A model generated the notes under the pieces. It saw only the letters and a list, made by a program, of their open reading frames with translations, searched no databases and was not told the origin of the DNA. 26,010 bases of DNA from Caecitellus pseudoparvulus (Eukaryota; Protista; Bigyra: Bicosoecida). Position numbers and translations under genes: made by a program. The stretch covers positions 1 through 26,010 of the forward strand of contig CBFFRQ010000187.1 of assembly GCA_965644315.1 (NCBI GenBank). Direction: 5' to 3'. This document shows, one piece after another, positions 8,757-18,932 of this stretch (positions within the stretch are counted from its first letter, which is position 1; each line of letters opens with the position of its first letter).

Positions 8757-11201
8757 TCGCCTTCAGCAAGGCCCAGCTGGGGATGCAAAGCTCGCTGGCA
8801 CGCATGCACAACTATGCGAAGCTTGCTGTGTGTGGCGTCTTGCCAACACACATCCGGGCGACGAAACTCCGCAGCAACATCTTCATGAAGCTGCTGAAGA
8901 ATGTCCAAGTGCCCACCCCCATGGCCAAGGCGCTGTCCATCAGCCTGCGCCAAGCCCTGGACCTGCTGCCCTCCCCCCTGGACATGGCCGACATCTTCCT
9001 GGCCAATGTCCGCCTCGACAGGCCAGGCGCTGGAGGCATCCCAGATCCATGGGCCTTACACGGTCTACTCGACCTCTGGCTCCTTGGATGCCTCCCTGAC
9101 CGCGCTCGCCTGGAGGCTGTGTGCCTGGAGCCGCCGCCTGACTCGGCCCCAGACACACACGGGGTCGACATCACCGCTGCGATGGACCCCGCACCCCCCA
9201 AGATCCAGCTGCTTGGACTCGCTGCGGCGGAGTCCTCGGATCTGTCTGAGGCCCCCCAGTTCCCGGACACCACCCCCTGGGCCACTCGGCAACGCGTCGT
9301 CGCCTCCTTCCTTCATGTGGCCCAGACGGTCAAGTGCAGTGCAGTTGGCTACACTCCCACGGGGGAGATGAAGGCCACCAGGCGTCCGAAGGAGTACCAC
9401 ATCGGTGTGGGTGCTCGCTTCGTCGCCTGGCTGCACCCGATCCCTTCCTCTGTGAACCCAGTCTTCTGGGTCCACGAAGGCGATCAGGAGAGACGTGTGA
9501 AGGTGCACCTGTGGCAGACGCTTCAAGTGTTCAACGGGGATGACACCCCTACACTGTTCAGCGCCTGCCCCCTGTGCCACAGCGTCTCGTGGTGCAGCCT
9601 GCAGGAGCACGTCCTTCTTGACTGCCCCCACCACGCCCTGGTCCCTGCGAGAAGGTCCGCCCTGTCCGAGGTGCGGACCTTCCTGTCCAGATCCAATGAT
9701 GCAGTGAGGGGGGTTGCCAACTGCCAGTACCTTGAAGTACCCCCCCCACTGCTGGATGCCGTCGTCCACGCCGACGAAGGCCGCTTGTTGGGCCGCCCGT
9801 GTCGCCTGCTGCTGCTGCGACTGCTGCTGTGCGGCCAGTGGCCCCATCGGTGGGGCCAGCCTCCGGCACAGCAGCCTTGGAGTCCCGAGGCAGCCGCGGT
9901 CCTGAGTAACCCCCATGTCACTCTCCGCGGCTCCTCGGGTCCACTCCGCCCCCCCAAGTACTGGCGCGAGGCCCTGGTAGCCGCCACGGGCCTCGCGGTA
10001 TCTGCGTGGGACGCGGTGGTGACGTGCATGCTCAGTCTTACCTCTCGTGCCGACCGTCACATCCAGAGGCACGCCCGGTACCTCTGGTGGGCGGCGCACG
10101 GGCGAACATGTCCTCTCCCAGGTTACTCGGCTCCTGATCCGAGTACTGTGAGGAAGCATGTGCGGGATGTGAAGACGCGGCGCTTCGAGCGCACTTACTT
10201 CCCTGTCAAGTCCCCTCGTCGGCCGCCTCGCTCCTTCACGAGGCAGGCCACCTTGCTCGACTTCGGGCTGGCACGGCCGGAAGTCCACGAGGAACCTCCG
10301 GCACCGTCGATGTCATCCTCGGCGTCGTCCTCCGGGTCGTCCTTGAAGTGCTCGTCAGACTCTGAGTAGCGGGCGATGTGTGTAGAGCGCGGCGCGGGGC
10401 GGTGCAAGCTTACGGCGTGGCGTGGTGACAACCACGGTCGTGGCTGAGCGAAGTGCAGGTGCGCATGAAGGCGATGTCCTTGATGATGGATGGGACCTGT
10501 GGAAAGTTGGAGAATGTGGTGAAGAATATGTCCAGTATACTTACATGATGGCTCGGGGTCCTTGTGCAGCCCGAGATAGATTCCTGTGACGGAGCGCGCG
10601 GAATTTGGCAGGGTGAACACGCGGGCGCGCGGGGAAACGTCGCAGGCGGGGCGCACAGGTCCTCAGGGCCTTGATTGATGAGTAAGCTGGATTATCTGTG
10701 AAGGAAGGCAGGTGTTCGTGGTGTTCTTGGTTCTCGGGTGGCGTTGTTCCGGCGGTGCGCGCTGCTACCACCGGCGTGGTGCAGTGCAGCACCGTCGTGA
10801 AACGCCACCCGAAGGCGGCCACTGCGGCTCAGGACAGCGCGCAGTGGCCCCAGGCACACGTGCAGTGCCTGGCAAGGGCCAGGAGAAGCGGGGGGTCTCT
10901 GAATTATGAAGCGAAGTGTGGACTGGGACGAAGCAGGAGTGGACCCGGCCCCCTCTGGCTCAGCCGACTGAGCCGAGAGGGCGCGGGAGGGGCAGTTCGA
11001 CACGAATGGGCGGGCGCGGGCGCGCCCTAGCAAGCGGCGGCTCATACAACGGACGTATGTCCGTGATGGCTGCAGACCCACGAGAGTGGGAGCCGCTGTA
11101 GCGCTCCTGGTGTGCCTTGTGCACAGCAGCGAGCGCTACATGTGATGCCCAAGCTGTATCGCGTGCAAGCGTGAAGGCGACATGCAATGCATTAAATGAG
11201 C
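8757..11201 (+). mobile_element. Element B: 5'-truncated non-LTR (LINE-like) retrotransposon attached at the chromosome break
   Basis: ORF is open from the telomere junction; LINE ORF2 C-terminal motifs; 3' end is homologous to element A and ends GAGC|TAACCC. Confidence 0.8.
8759..10369 (+). CDS. C-terminal part of a LINE-type ORF2 (post-RT region with CCHC zinc knuckle); 5'-partial
   Basis: No stop between the junction and ATG 8783; GAGGIPDP (~9026-9048) resembles the post-RT GGLG-P motif; CPLC-x10-HVLLDCP at 9566-9628. Confidence 0.75.
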   Translation, partial: AFSKAQLGMQSSLARMHNYAKLAVCGVLPTHIRATKLRSNIFMKLLKNVQVPTPMAKALSISLRQALDLLPSPLDMADIFLANVRLDRPGAGGIPDPWALHGLLDLWLLGCLPDRARLEAVCLEPPPDSAPDTHGVDITAAMDPAPPKIQLLGLAAAESSDLSEAPQFPDTTPWATRQRVVASFLHVAQTVKCSAVGYTPTGEMKATRRPKEYHIGVGARFVAWLHPIPSSVNPVFWVHEGDQERRVKVHLWQTLQVFNGDDTPTLFSACPLCHSVSWCSLQEHVLLDCPHHALVPARRSALSEVRTFLSRSNDAVRGVANCQYLEVPPPLLDAVVHADEGRLLGRPCRLLLLRLLLCGQWPHRWGQPPAQQPWSPEAAAVLSNPHVTLRGSSGPLRPPKYWREALVAATGLAVSAWDAVVTCMLSLTSRADRHIQRHARYLWWAAHGRTCPLPGYSAPDPSTVRKHVRDVKTRRFERTYFPVKSPRRPPRSFTRQATLLDFGLARPEVHEEPPAPSMSSSASSSGSSLKCSSDSE

Positions 11202-11207
11202 TAACCC
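11012..11207 (+). other. Structured 3'-terminal RNA module of element B
   Basis: Stems GGGCGC/GCGCCC, GCGGCT/GGCTGC, CGGAC/GTCCG, CCCAC-GAGA-GTGGG and TGTAGCGCTC/GAGCGCTACA occur in the same order and with similar spacing as in element A. Confidence 0.75.
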
Positions 11208-12398
11208 GTACCCAAGCATGCCATGAGACCCCAGCCCCCAGCACATGACCCCACCGGACGTCAAGAGCGCACAGCTGTGATCATTCCCGACAGTGATGTG
11301 AGATGCTGTTGCGCCCCCAAGGTCAACAGTCCCAGCAGTTGCCGGGTGCTCATCGTTGCCAATGAACTCGGTGTTGCCGTACCCAAGCTGGCCACTGGAC
11401 CCCGACCCCCAGCACATGACCTCTCCGCTCGTGAGAAGCACGCACGTGTGGCTCTGTCCTGCAGCGACTCGTGCTGCCGCGCGCCCCCCGCCCAAATTAA
11501 CTTGACCTGCAGCAGCAGGGTGCTCGTTGTCACCAATGTGGTTGAAGTTGCTGTATCCGAGCCTGCCAGAGAATGCTGTCCCCCAGCACATGACCCCGCC
11601 GTTCGTCAACACAGCACACGTGTGGCTGTCTCCAGCGGAAACCTGTGCTGCAGCAAGACCTGCACCCAGGTTGACAGCACCTGCAGCAGATGGGTGCTCA
11701 TTGTCACCAATGTTGTTGGTGTTACCATACCCAAGCCGGCCGTTTGATCCAAACCCCCAGCACATAAGCAGCCCAGTTGTCAACACTGCGCACGTGTGGC
11801 TCTTGCCTGCAGACACTTGGGCAGCGGCTGCACCAGAGCCCAAATCAACGGTTCCCGCCGCAGCTGGATCCTCAGAGGCGCCAACGTTCTCCTTATTGCC
11901 GTACCCGAGCTGGCCGGCGATGGAGGAGCCCCAGCACATGACACCTCCGTCATCCAGCACAACACAAGTGTGGCTGCCTCCTGCCGAAACTTGGACCACG
12001 ACAACACCAGCGCCTACGTTCACATTGCCTGCAGTTTCTGGTAGCTCGTTGTCTCCGATGGGGTTCAAGTTCCCGTACCCGAGCTGCCCACTGTAGCCTC
12101 CACCCCAGCATCGCACCTTGCCGTCCGTCACGGCGCAGGTATGCAAGCCGCCGGAAGATAGCTGAGTGTCTTCAACAGACGTGCTCGCCAAGCGGCGATG
12201 AAGGTTGACATCATTCAGCATCAAACTGAGTCCACGAAGTGCAACGTGAGCTTCGGCGCAGCCCAACGTTGCCAGGAAGGCAGCGGAGAGCACCGCGAAA
12301 CGCCACCGGCACGCTGCGCCGGCCCCTGCCCGCTTTGGCAAGTGCGCAGCGCAAGACAGACAGGCGCTAGCGCATTGGTTCATAACATGGGGACCCAT
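11136..12398 (-). CDS. Secreted RCC1/BLIP-II-type repeat protein, truncated in repeat 6 and fused to 22 codons of antisense element B (start uncertain: ATG at 12524, 12398 or 12383)
   Basis: 5.5 repeats of QVSAGxSHTCAVLxxGxVMCWGxxxxGxLGYGN; hydrophobic signal-like segment FAVLSAAFLATLGCAEA; repeat pattern stops at ~11205. Confidence 0.88.
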   Translation of the reverse strand: MGPHVMNQCASACLSCAAHLPKRAGAGAACRWRFAVLSAAFLATLGCAEAHVALRGLSLMLNDVNLHRRLASTSVEDTQLSSGGLHTCAVTDGKVRCWGGGYSGQLGYGNLNPIGDNELPETAGNVNVGAGVVVVQVSAGGSHTCVVLDDGGVMCWGSSIAGQLGYGNKENVGASEDPAAAGTVDLGSGAAAAQVSAGKSHTCAVLTTGLLMCWGFGSNGRLGYGNTNNIGDNEHPSAAGAVNLGAGLAAAQVSAGDSHTCAVLTNGGVMCWGTAFSGRLGYSNFNHIGDNEHPAAAGQVNLGGGRAAARVAAGQSHTCVLLTSGEVMCWGSGSSGQLGYGNTEFIGNDEHPATAGTVDLGGATASHITVGNDHSCALLTSGGVMCWGLGSHGMLGYGLAHLMHCMSPSRLHAIQLGHHM

Positions 12399-13371
12399 GG
12401 CAATGCCAGGCGGCAATGAGGGATGCTGCGTGGGACGCAGCGCGTCCTGAAGAATCCGACACTGCACGTCCTGAAAGCGCTGTTGCCTGATTCGCGCCTG
12501 CGAGTGGTACAGGGAAAAGAGCATGATACATGGACCCTAGTAGTGGTAAAAATGAGAATTCATGTGCAACACAGTGCATCGACAGCACTAGACAAGCATT
12601 GTGGCGCGAGCAGCACGCGTTGACAGCATCTGATGGGCGTTTCACGCGCCATCAAGAAGCGGAGGCGACTCCCGGACTCCCAAGCACGAAAGCCCTTTGA
12701 TATACTTACACAGCAGAACATTGGAGCTACGAGATCTGTCTAAGTCAAAAATGGTACATGCTGCAATGTGCCGATTGTGCCCAGTACCAAAATGAAGCGG
12801 CACGGCCCCCCTTGCTTGGCTGTGACGGGCGTCACCACCCCGCTCGGTCTGCAGCGGCAACCTTCCGCACACCGTGATACAATATGGAGCCTTCAATAGC
12901 CCCGCGTGGGCTACAGAGCAGCAGCGGCTGGGGCGACATGCTGGAGGTGCGTCCCAACAGCCGCCCGATGCAGCACCTCAAGGAAGAGACACCGTGCGCC
13001 CCACGCCGTGCTTCCCCCTCCATCATCATCCCGGGGCCAAAGAGTCCTTCCATTTGGACTACACTTCATAGCTGCCTCTAAAGCTGTCAAGGCCTGGACA
13101 TCGAAGGGCCCAGCTACCTCTCAATAGGCGCTGTAGCAGCCGCTGCATCCACACCCAGTTCAAGGCTGGCAGCATGGTACTCCCGGAATCTCCAGACCTC
13201 AAAACGTGCCACAGGAGCCTCTGTCAGTCTCGCAAGCTCTGCAGCTTGCTGTCTTCAACTGATGATCACGTTCAGCTGCATCATCTGGTCAAAGCCTACA
13301 ACTACTCTTCACAATGCCTCAGCCACCCAGAACTGAACTCTGCGGCCAGGACCGACGACCACATGTAAACA

Positions 13372-14871
13372 TCACCGCCCGCAAGCTGCCCTGAGGAGTA
13401 GAAAATGGCGCCTCCCACTTCTCGTGCTTGTTCCGTACCATGCAGCGTCCTTCCCTGCCTGCAGGGCAGTGTCCCCCGCCAACGCTGCAGCTTCGCGTGG
13501 CATGGCCCGGCTGCCTGTGAGCCCCATCAACTCTCGCATCACGTGCGAGTGGCCATTCCTGCACGCCATGCGGAAGCCCACGTCAGGGCCGTCCCAGCTT
13601 CCCACGTGGACATCCACAGCTTTTTGTCCCGTGAGGGCCAACAGCTCGCGCACCACGTGCACGTGGCCACGCTCACAAGCACTCCGAAAACCAACCTCTG
13701 GCCCAGTCCCATCTGCAACGTGAACATCAATCGCCCCGTCGCCAACCACGCCAAGTAACTCGCGCAGCACGGCCAAGTGGCCAAGGTAGCAAGCCCATCG
13801 GAAGCCATACTCGGGCCCAACTCTGTCTCCCGCGTGGATATCCACCGCATGCTCCGCTGGCAACGCCAACAGCAAACGCACAACGTTTGCGTGGCCATAC
13901 CGGCAAGCGAGCCGAAAGGCAGATTCGGGCCCATCAGCATCCCCTGCATGTACATCCACGGCCAGCTCGCCAGAAAGGGCGAGCAAGTCTCGCACTACTG
14001 TCTCATGTCCTCCTGCACATGCAGATCGAAAGCCAGCTTCAGCCCCTTCCTCGTCACATGCGTGCACGTCTACCTGCCGATCACCAGTGAGAGCCAGCAG
14101 CTCCCGAACTACAGCTTCATGGCCGTGCTGACATGCCCTCCGAAAGCCAGCCTCAGGTCCCTCCCAATCTCCAGCGTGTACGTCCACAACGCGATGGCCT
14201 GTCAGCGCCAGGAGCTCGCGCACCACACCAACATGGCCCCGTGCGCACGCGTACCGAAAGGGGGCCTCAGGCCCATCTTCATCTCCCACATGCACATCAA
14301 TTTCCCGGTCCCCACCAAGCCGCAGCAACACATGCACAACATCCAAGTGGCCGTGCAAGCACGCGGCTCGGAAGGCAGCCTCCGGCCCAGCCGAGTCCCC
14401 AGCGCGCACGTCCACTGCACGCTCGCTGCCGAGACGCAGCAGCTCGCAAACAACATCTAGGTGGCCTTCCGAACTGGCCGCCCGGAAGGCAAACTCAGGC
14501 CCGTCTTCATCCCCAGCGTGCACGTCCACGGTCCTTTCCCCGCTCAGCGCAAGCAGCTCCCGCACCGTCTCCACATGCCCATTCCAGCAAGCCAATCGAA
14601 AACCCGCCTCAGGGCCATTCTCATCACCTGCATGGACATCCAGGCCTGCCTCTTCCTCCACGGCCAGCAGTGCTCGCAACAGGCCAACGTGCCCTGCTCC
14701 ACATGCTCTCAAAAAGCCAGCAGTAATGTCGTCCCCTGTCAGAGCCCCAAGCACAGACTCTGCTCTCGCCTTTGACCCGTGGAGCATGTCCATCAGTGTG
14801 ATTACGTCACCACCTGTGCAGGCAGCCCTCCACTCTCCCACGGCACCGGCATCGTCCGCCTCACTCGCCAT
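13372..14871 (-). CDS. Ankyrin-repeat protein (~10 long repeats of ~39 aa)
   Basis: Repeats of VDVHAGDxxGPExxFRxACxxGHxxVVRELLAL; ATG 14871 (MASEADD); TGA stop. Confidence 0.92.
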   Translation of the reverse strand: MASEADDAGAVGEWRAACTGGDVITLMDMLHGSKARAESVLGALTGDDITAGFLRACGAGHVGLLRALLAVEEEAGLDVHAGDENGPEAGFRLACWNGHVETVRELLALSGERTVDVHAGDEDGPEFAFRAASSEGHLDVVCELLRLGSERAVDVRAGDSAGPEAAFRAACLHGHLDVVHVLLRLGGDREIDVHVGDEDGPEAPFRYACARGHVGVVRELLALTGHRVVDVHAGDWEGPEAGFRRACQHGHEAVVRELLALTGDRQVDVHACDEEGAEAGFRSACAGGHETVVRDLLALSGELAVDVHAGDADGPESAFRLACRYGHANVVRLLLALPAEHAVDIHAGDRVGPEYGFRWACYLGHLAVLRELLGVVGDGAIDVHVADGTGPEVGFRSACERGHVHVVRELLALTGQKAVDVHVGSWDGPDVGFRMACRNGHSHVMRELMGLTGSRAMPREAAALAGDTALQAGKDAAWYGTSTRSGRRHFLLLRAACGR

Positions 14872-15381
14872 GGCGTTGCGGCGCAGATTCCGCACATGTG
14901 GCCTCGATGCACCTCCGCGCTGTGGAAGGAACAAGGCTCCAGCAGGCCGATCAGGGTGAAATTCTAAGTTGCACTTTCACACTCCAGTTGTGAACATGAA
15001 CGGCACCTGGGCTTCCGCGTTTTCGTTACGCACTGTAACTGCTCCAAGTGTCAGCCGAGGCAGTGGCGTCAGCTGCCCCTCGTGCCTATCGCCTCGTGCT
15101 GCCTCCAAAGCTCCTTCGAGCTGGACCGTTCACTCTCTTTTCAAATCAAACACCTTCATGGTCCTCTAGAGATCGCTCCACTTCCTAGTCTTTGCCGAGA
15201 TCAGTTGCACGTCGCAAGACTATCTGTGCAAGTTTCCGTTCGGCATCGGCAGTGCTCCAAGGAGCAAAGATGTAATCACAGCTTGTCGACCTCACGTGAA
15301 TGGAAATGTGCCTGCCACCAAGCCAGGCAAACTAGTGTGTGCATTTTGCAGCCCATGTCACCCTCTCTTTCCTTTCCTTTA

Positions 15382-17979
15382 TCAAGAGCGAGCAATGGCA
15401 GGGCCGACGGCCAAGGGCGACTTGGTGCGAGTGGCTGGGGTCGCCACTCTCGAGTCCTCTGCTTCCTGGCGCAGGCCAGCTTCCCGCACCATGGCCACAT
15501 CACGCGAGAGGGCGATTGCCTTATCCACAGAAATGCAGCTGCCGAGCGCAATGCAGGCCGCTGCGCTCCTGCGTGGTCCAAACGTGCAGCACCAGAGGCC
15601 TGGGTGTGGGACGTGCTTCAGGTGTGAATGCGTCGGCGATTGCTGCAGGTACAGCTTCAGCCAGTCAAAGACTGCAACGTGCCGCGAACGCAGGGTGGCG
15701 ACGCCTGCGCCGAGCAGGAGGAGGAAGGTCATGGCCAAGAACAGCGTGTTTGCGAGGAAGATGGCGCCCTGCAGCAGGAACTCCGTCTTCTCCCCGACCA
15801 GTAGTTCGTCGCCCAGCGCCAGGCCTCCGAAGGCAGACACACAAATGGCGGTCAGTGCTGCGGTTTCCACAGCATTCATCAGCGTGGCCTCGTACGGCAA
15901 GGATGCGACATGGACGACAAGGGAAGCTGACAGCACGAGGCAGATCAGCGCTGCTTGCAGCTCGGCATTGCGCACAGTGACAGCGACTGCAGCAAGGAGC
16001 ACTTTCCGTGGCAGCACAACCAGCAACTCCCAGTACCAGAAGTTGGGCTCGTCTTCTTCTTTGCGGGGAGAGTCCTCAGAGTGCGCACGGGGAATTCTGA
16101 ACCCTTCATACACCGCACCGTACACTGCCTTCACGCTGTGCTTGTAGACATGGTGCCTGTGGCGGCATACGAGACAGGCGCTGCCGACCGGGATGCCGAC
16201 GCCCCACACCAGCAAGCCAAGGTATGCTGCGAGCTGGGCGGTCTGGAACATGGAGTCCATGCTTCCGTGTGCGACATCTGAACGGAGGAACAGGAAGCCC
16301 AGGATGCGGAAGTCGTACGTGTCCAGCATGCGCAGACATGCCTCGACTACAGGGAAGTGCACCAGCAAGAGCAGGATGAAGGCTGCGCGATACGCTTGCT
16401 CAGCACACCTCGCCCGCTGCTTGAAGAGGTCCACAGTCTTTGCCAGCACAGCTTTCTCCTCAGAGCGCATGCTTGCAGGGTGGGCCGGCGGTGCGCCAGG
16501 CATCACAGCTGCTTCAACCTGCGCTGCCGCCTGGCTGCGGCTTGATCGCGGCTTGCGCATGTCAATGACGACTGAGCCTTCCGACTCTTCATCAGCCTCG
16601 GCCAGGTCGTCCAAGTCAGCCCACGCAGATGTCCGTCTCGCTGCTGGAGATGGGTCGGTCGGGCCTGTGTCGTCTTGGAATGAGGTGGACCTTGGAACCA
16701 GCGCGGAAGGTCTGGAAGTTGGAGACACCAGGGTCTTTGGCGCAGGGAAGGCGAACGTATCATCAACCAGAGCACCCTCTTTCTTGGGAGGAGTGGAAGC
16801 GGCAAGGGGCTGTGGAGCCACTGCTCCAGACTCGGCAACGCCTTCCCCGCCAACTGAGCCCCCGCCCTTCTCCTCAGCATACCTCTCAGCAGCAGCCTGC
16901 AGCACTGCGTGGCTTTGCCGCTGCAATATGCTGGTCACACCCGCTACGATCAACGGAATGCTCACTGCAGCAATGGGTATGCTCAAGGTGATGAAGAAGC
17001 GAGTGTACATGTCTGTGCGCATGGCACACTGGGCAGGCACCGAGTTGGTGCTGACGCCGACCGACACTGAGGAGAGCCACGCCATGATGCCATCCAACGC
17101 GCTTTCAGGAGGCAAGCGTGTACTCAACAGCACAGCATACATCTGGGCCCAACCAGTCATGACACGGAACACCCCAATGAGCAGTCCCCTGCTTTGACCC
17201 TCCTTGCTTTCCCGATCACTCGTGCGCAGGGCCAAGTACACGAGGAGCCCCGTGAACAAAACCCAGGAGCCGATGCTCTGCAGGAAGCCGAAGGTGTCGT
17301 TGGGACACTTTACACAAAGCAGCTGTGGGCTGGACCTTGCCCAGCCTTCAGCACACTCGCCACAGAGGATGCCCCTGTGCCCAGGCACACAGGAGATGCC
17401 ACTCGAGTTCGCTACAGGCCTGCACGCATCTGGAGGCGTGCACTGAAGGATGCTCGCACCAGCGTAAAGAACCGCTTTCCCTGGGACTGCGGCCTGCAAC
17501 TCAGTTGTCTCATTCACAAGTGCTTGCAGACGCCGTCTCGCGGGCGAATCAGCGCTGGTTGTGTCACCCTGCAACTCGGCACCTGCCACATCTTTCAGCT
17601 TGCTCCAGTACCTTTCCTGCAGCTTGGGGTGTGATGGCACCATGGACGCATCGGTCACGCAGGTATCACACCAGAAACCCGGGCGAGGCCTGAACTGCCC
17701 AGCAGCGCAGCTGACGCCGTTCAAGGGGCACTGCAAGCACTTGGTCTGGGCCAGGTTGGCGAAGGTGCCGCCAGGGCACTGCGTGCATGCAGCCTCTTGG
17801 TTTTCAACATTGGCACGGATTGTTCCAGGAGGGCAGCGTTCACAGCGAAGCCCAAAAGTGTCATTGGTGCTCTGGCGGCGCTGCCAGCCAGTAGCACAAA
17901 TGCAGTCCATCTGCGAGTCAGCTAGCACCTCGCTGTCGGTGCGGCACGTTGGGCTCACAACCACAGCAGGCACAGCCAC
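15382..17979 (-). CDS. C-terminal part of a large membrane protein: Cys-rich (CxxCPPG, GCC2/GCC3-like) repeats followed by a multi-pass TM domain
   Basis: 865-aa ORF with CERCPPGT, CTQCPGGTF and CVPGHRGILCGEC, then many hydrophobic helices and WYWELLVVLPRK; frame stays open upstream to at least ~18060. Confidence 0.85.
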   Translation of the reverse strand: MAVPAVVVSPTCRTDSEVLADSQMDCICATGWQRRQSTNDTFGLRCERCPPGTIRANVENQEAACTQCPGGTFANLAQTKCLQCPLNGVSCAAGQFRPRPGFWCDTCVTDASMVPSHPKLQERYWSKLKDVAGAELQGDTTSADSPARRRLQALVNETTELQAAVPGKAVLYAGASILQCTPPDACRPVANSSGISCVPGHRGILCGECAEGWARSSPQLLCVKCPNDTFGFLQSIGSWVLFTGLLVYLALRTSDRESKEGQSRGLLIGVFRVMTGWAQMYAVLLSTRLPPESALDGIMAWLSSVSVGVSTNSVPAQCAMRTDMYTRFFITLSIPIAAVSIPLIVAGVTSILQRQSHAVLQAAAERYAEEKGGGSVGGEGVAESGAVAPQPLAASTPPKKEGALVDDTFAFPAPKTLVSPTSRPSALVPRSTSFQDDTGPTDPSPAARRTSAWADLDDLAEADEESEGSVVIDMRKPRSSRSQAAAQVEAAVMPGAPPAHPASMRSEEKAVLAKTVDLFKQRARCAEQAYRAAFILLLLVHFPVVEACLRMLDTYDFRILGFLFLRSDVAHGSMDSMFQTAQLAAYLGLLVWGVGIPVGSACLVCRHRHHVYKHSVKAVYGAVYEGFRIPRAHSEDSPRKEEDEPNFWYWELLVVLPRKVLLAAVAVTVRNAELQAALICLVLSASLVVHVASLPYEATLMNAVETAALTAICVSAFGGLALGDELLVGEKTEFLLQGAIFLANTLFLAMTFLLLLGAGVATLRSRHVAVFDWLKLYLQQSPTHSHLKHVPHPGLWCCTFGPRRSAAACIALGSCISVDKAIALSRDVAMVREAGLRQEAEDSRVATPATRTKSPLAVGPAIARS

Positions 17980-18059
17980 TGCACCTCGTGAGAGATAAGG
18001 ATATATGGCTTCCCAGAGATAGAGGATGTGAACAGTGTAGTTTGTGGCTGAGATGGTTG

Positions 18060-18932
18060 GACTTGCAGCACGGCACGCCCTTCGTCCAGGGCCGCGAGCC
18101 CGACAGTCAGGTCGGGTTCGCCGGTCACTAAATGGCGCACTTGCGGTAACTCAACGAGGGACTCCACTTCGCGACTTGCGGCATCTCGTGCTTCAAGCAG
18201 GAGCGTTACTTGCTGTCGCCCAGCCACAATCATTGCGCTTCCACTCGCTGAGGCATCCATCATGGACATGTTGCGTTGCCCACTCAAAGCTGATTGAATG
18301 GTGATCACTTCGCGATCAGCGCGTTTGGGCCACGAAACGGCATCGGGCAGCATGAATCTACTCGTGTGCGAGAACGCCCCTCCACCGCGCACCTGCACCC
18401 GCACTGGGATAGCCCGGAATTCTTCGTACGCAGCCAGCGCGGCCACGTCCGTCGCACCTGGCGCACCTTCTGCCACGGATGCAGTGATGCGCACCAGGAT
18501 TGTTGCCGCAAGCTCTCCGCTACCGCACAGAAGCCCTGGGGGTGGCCGTGGCCCAAGACACAGCTCACCCCCATGCACAACGCCGGCAGGCACCACCAGT
18601 TGCCCAGTGGAAGCAGGCAGCACGAGCTCATGCTTCGGTGTGGTTGTTTGCAGCCATGTGGCTGTGGACGAGGTGCCCTGCGACGGAACCACTTGCACGT
18701 GTAGATCAGCAACGGATGCCAACGTTTGCAGGATGGCAATGCCGGAGGCTTCCTGGCTCGGCGCCACTGTCAGCGACACGGTGCCAGGGACCACGGAAAG
18801 CAGCGTGGGGCGCATGGTCACCGGCAGCACATGATCAAGCTGCCCAGCTTTGGACTTGGCATCATACTCATTCGTGCGCAAGCGCAGGGTGCTCGAAAAC
18901 AGCCCGCTGACAGCTGCGCCTGGAGAGAACAA
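18060..18932 (-). CDS. Middle segment (beta-rich Ig-like/filamin-like) of the same large membrane-protein gene
   Basis: Long ORF of beta-strand character; changes frame relative to the downstream segment near 18050-18075. Confidence 0.65.

Noticed and set aside
9065-10288. Long antisense ORFs opposite real genes (also 4378..5154, 16193..17197, 24321..25139)
   Set aside because: Shadow ORFs expected from GC3-rich coding sequence
2815-11201. Assignment as Penelope-like (Athena/Coprina) or LTR elements
   Set aside because: No pseudo-LTRs, LTRs, hammerhead core (CUGAnGA...GAAA) or GIY-YIG motif seen; B's motifs are LINE-like. Not fully excluded without the RT domain
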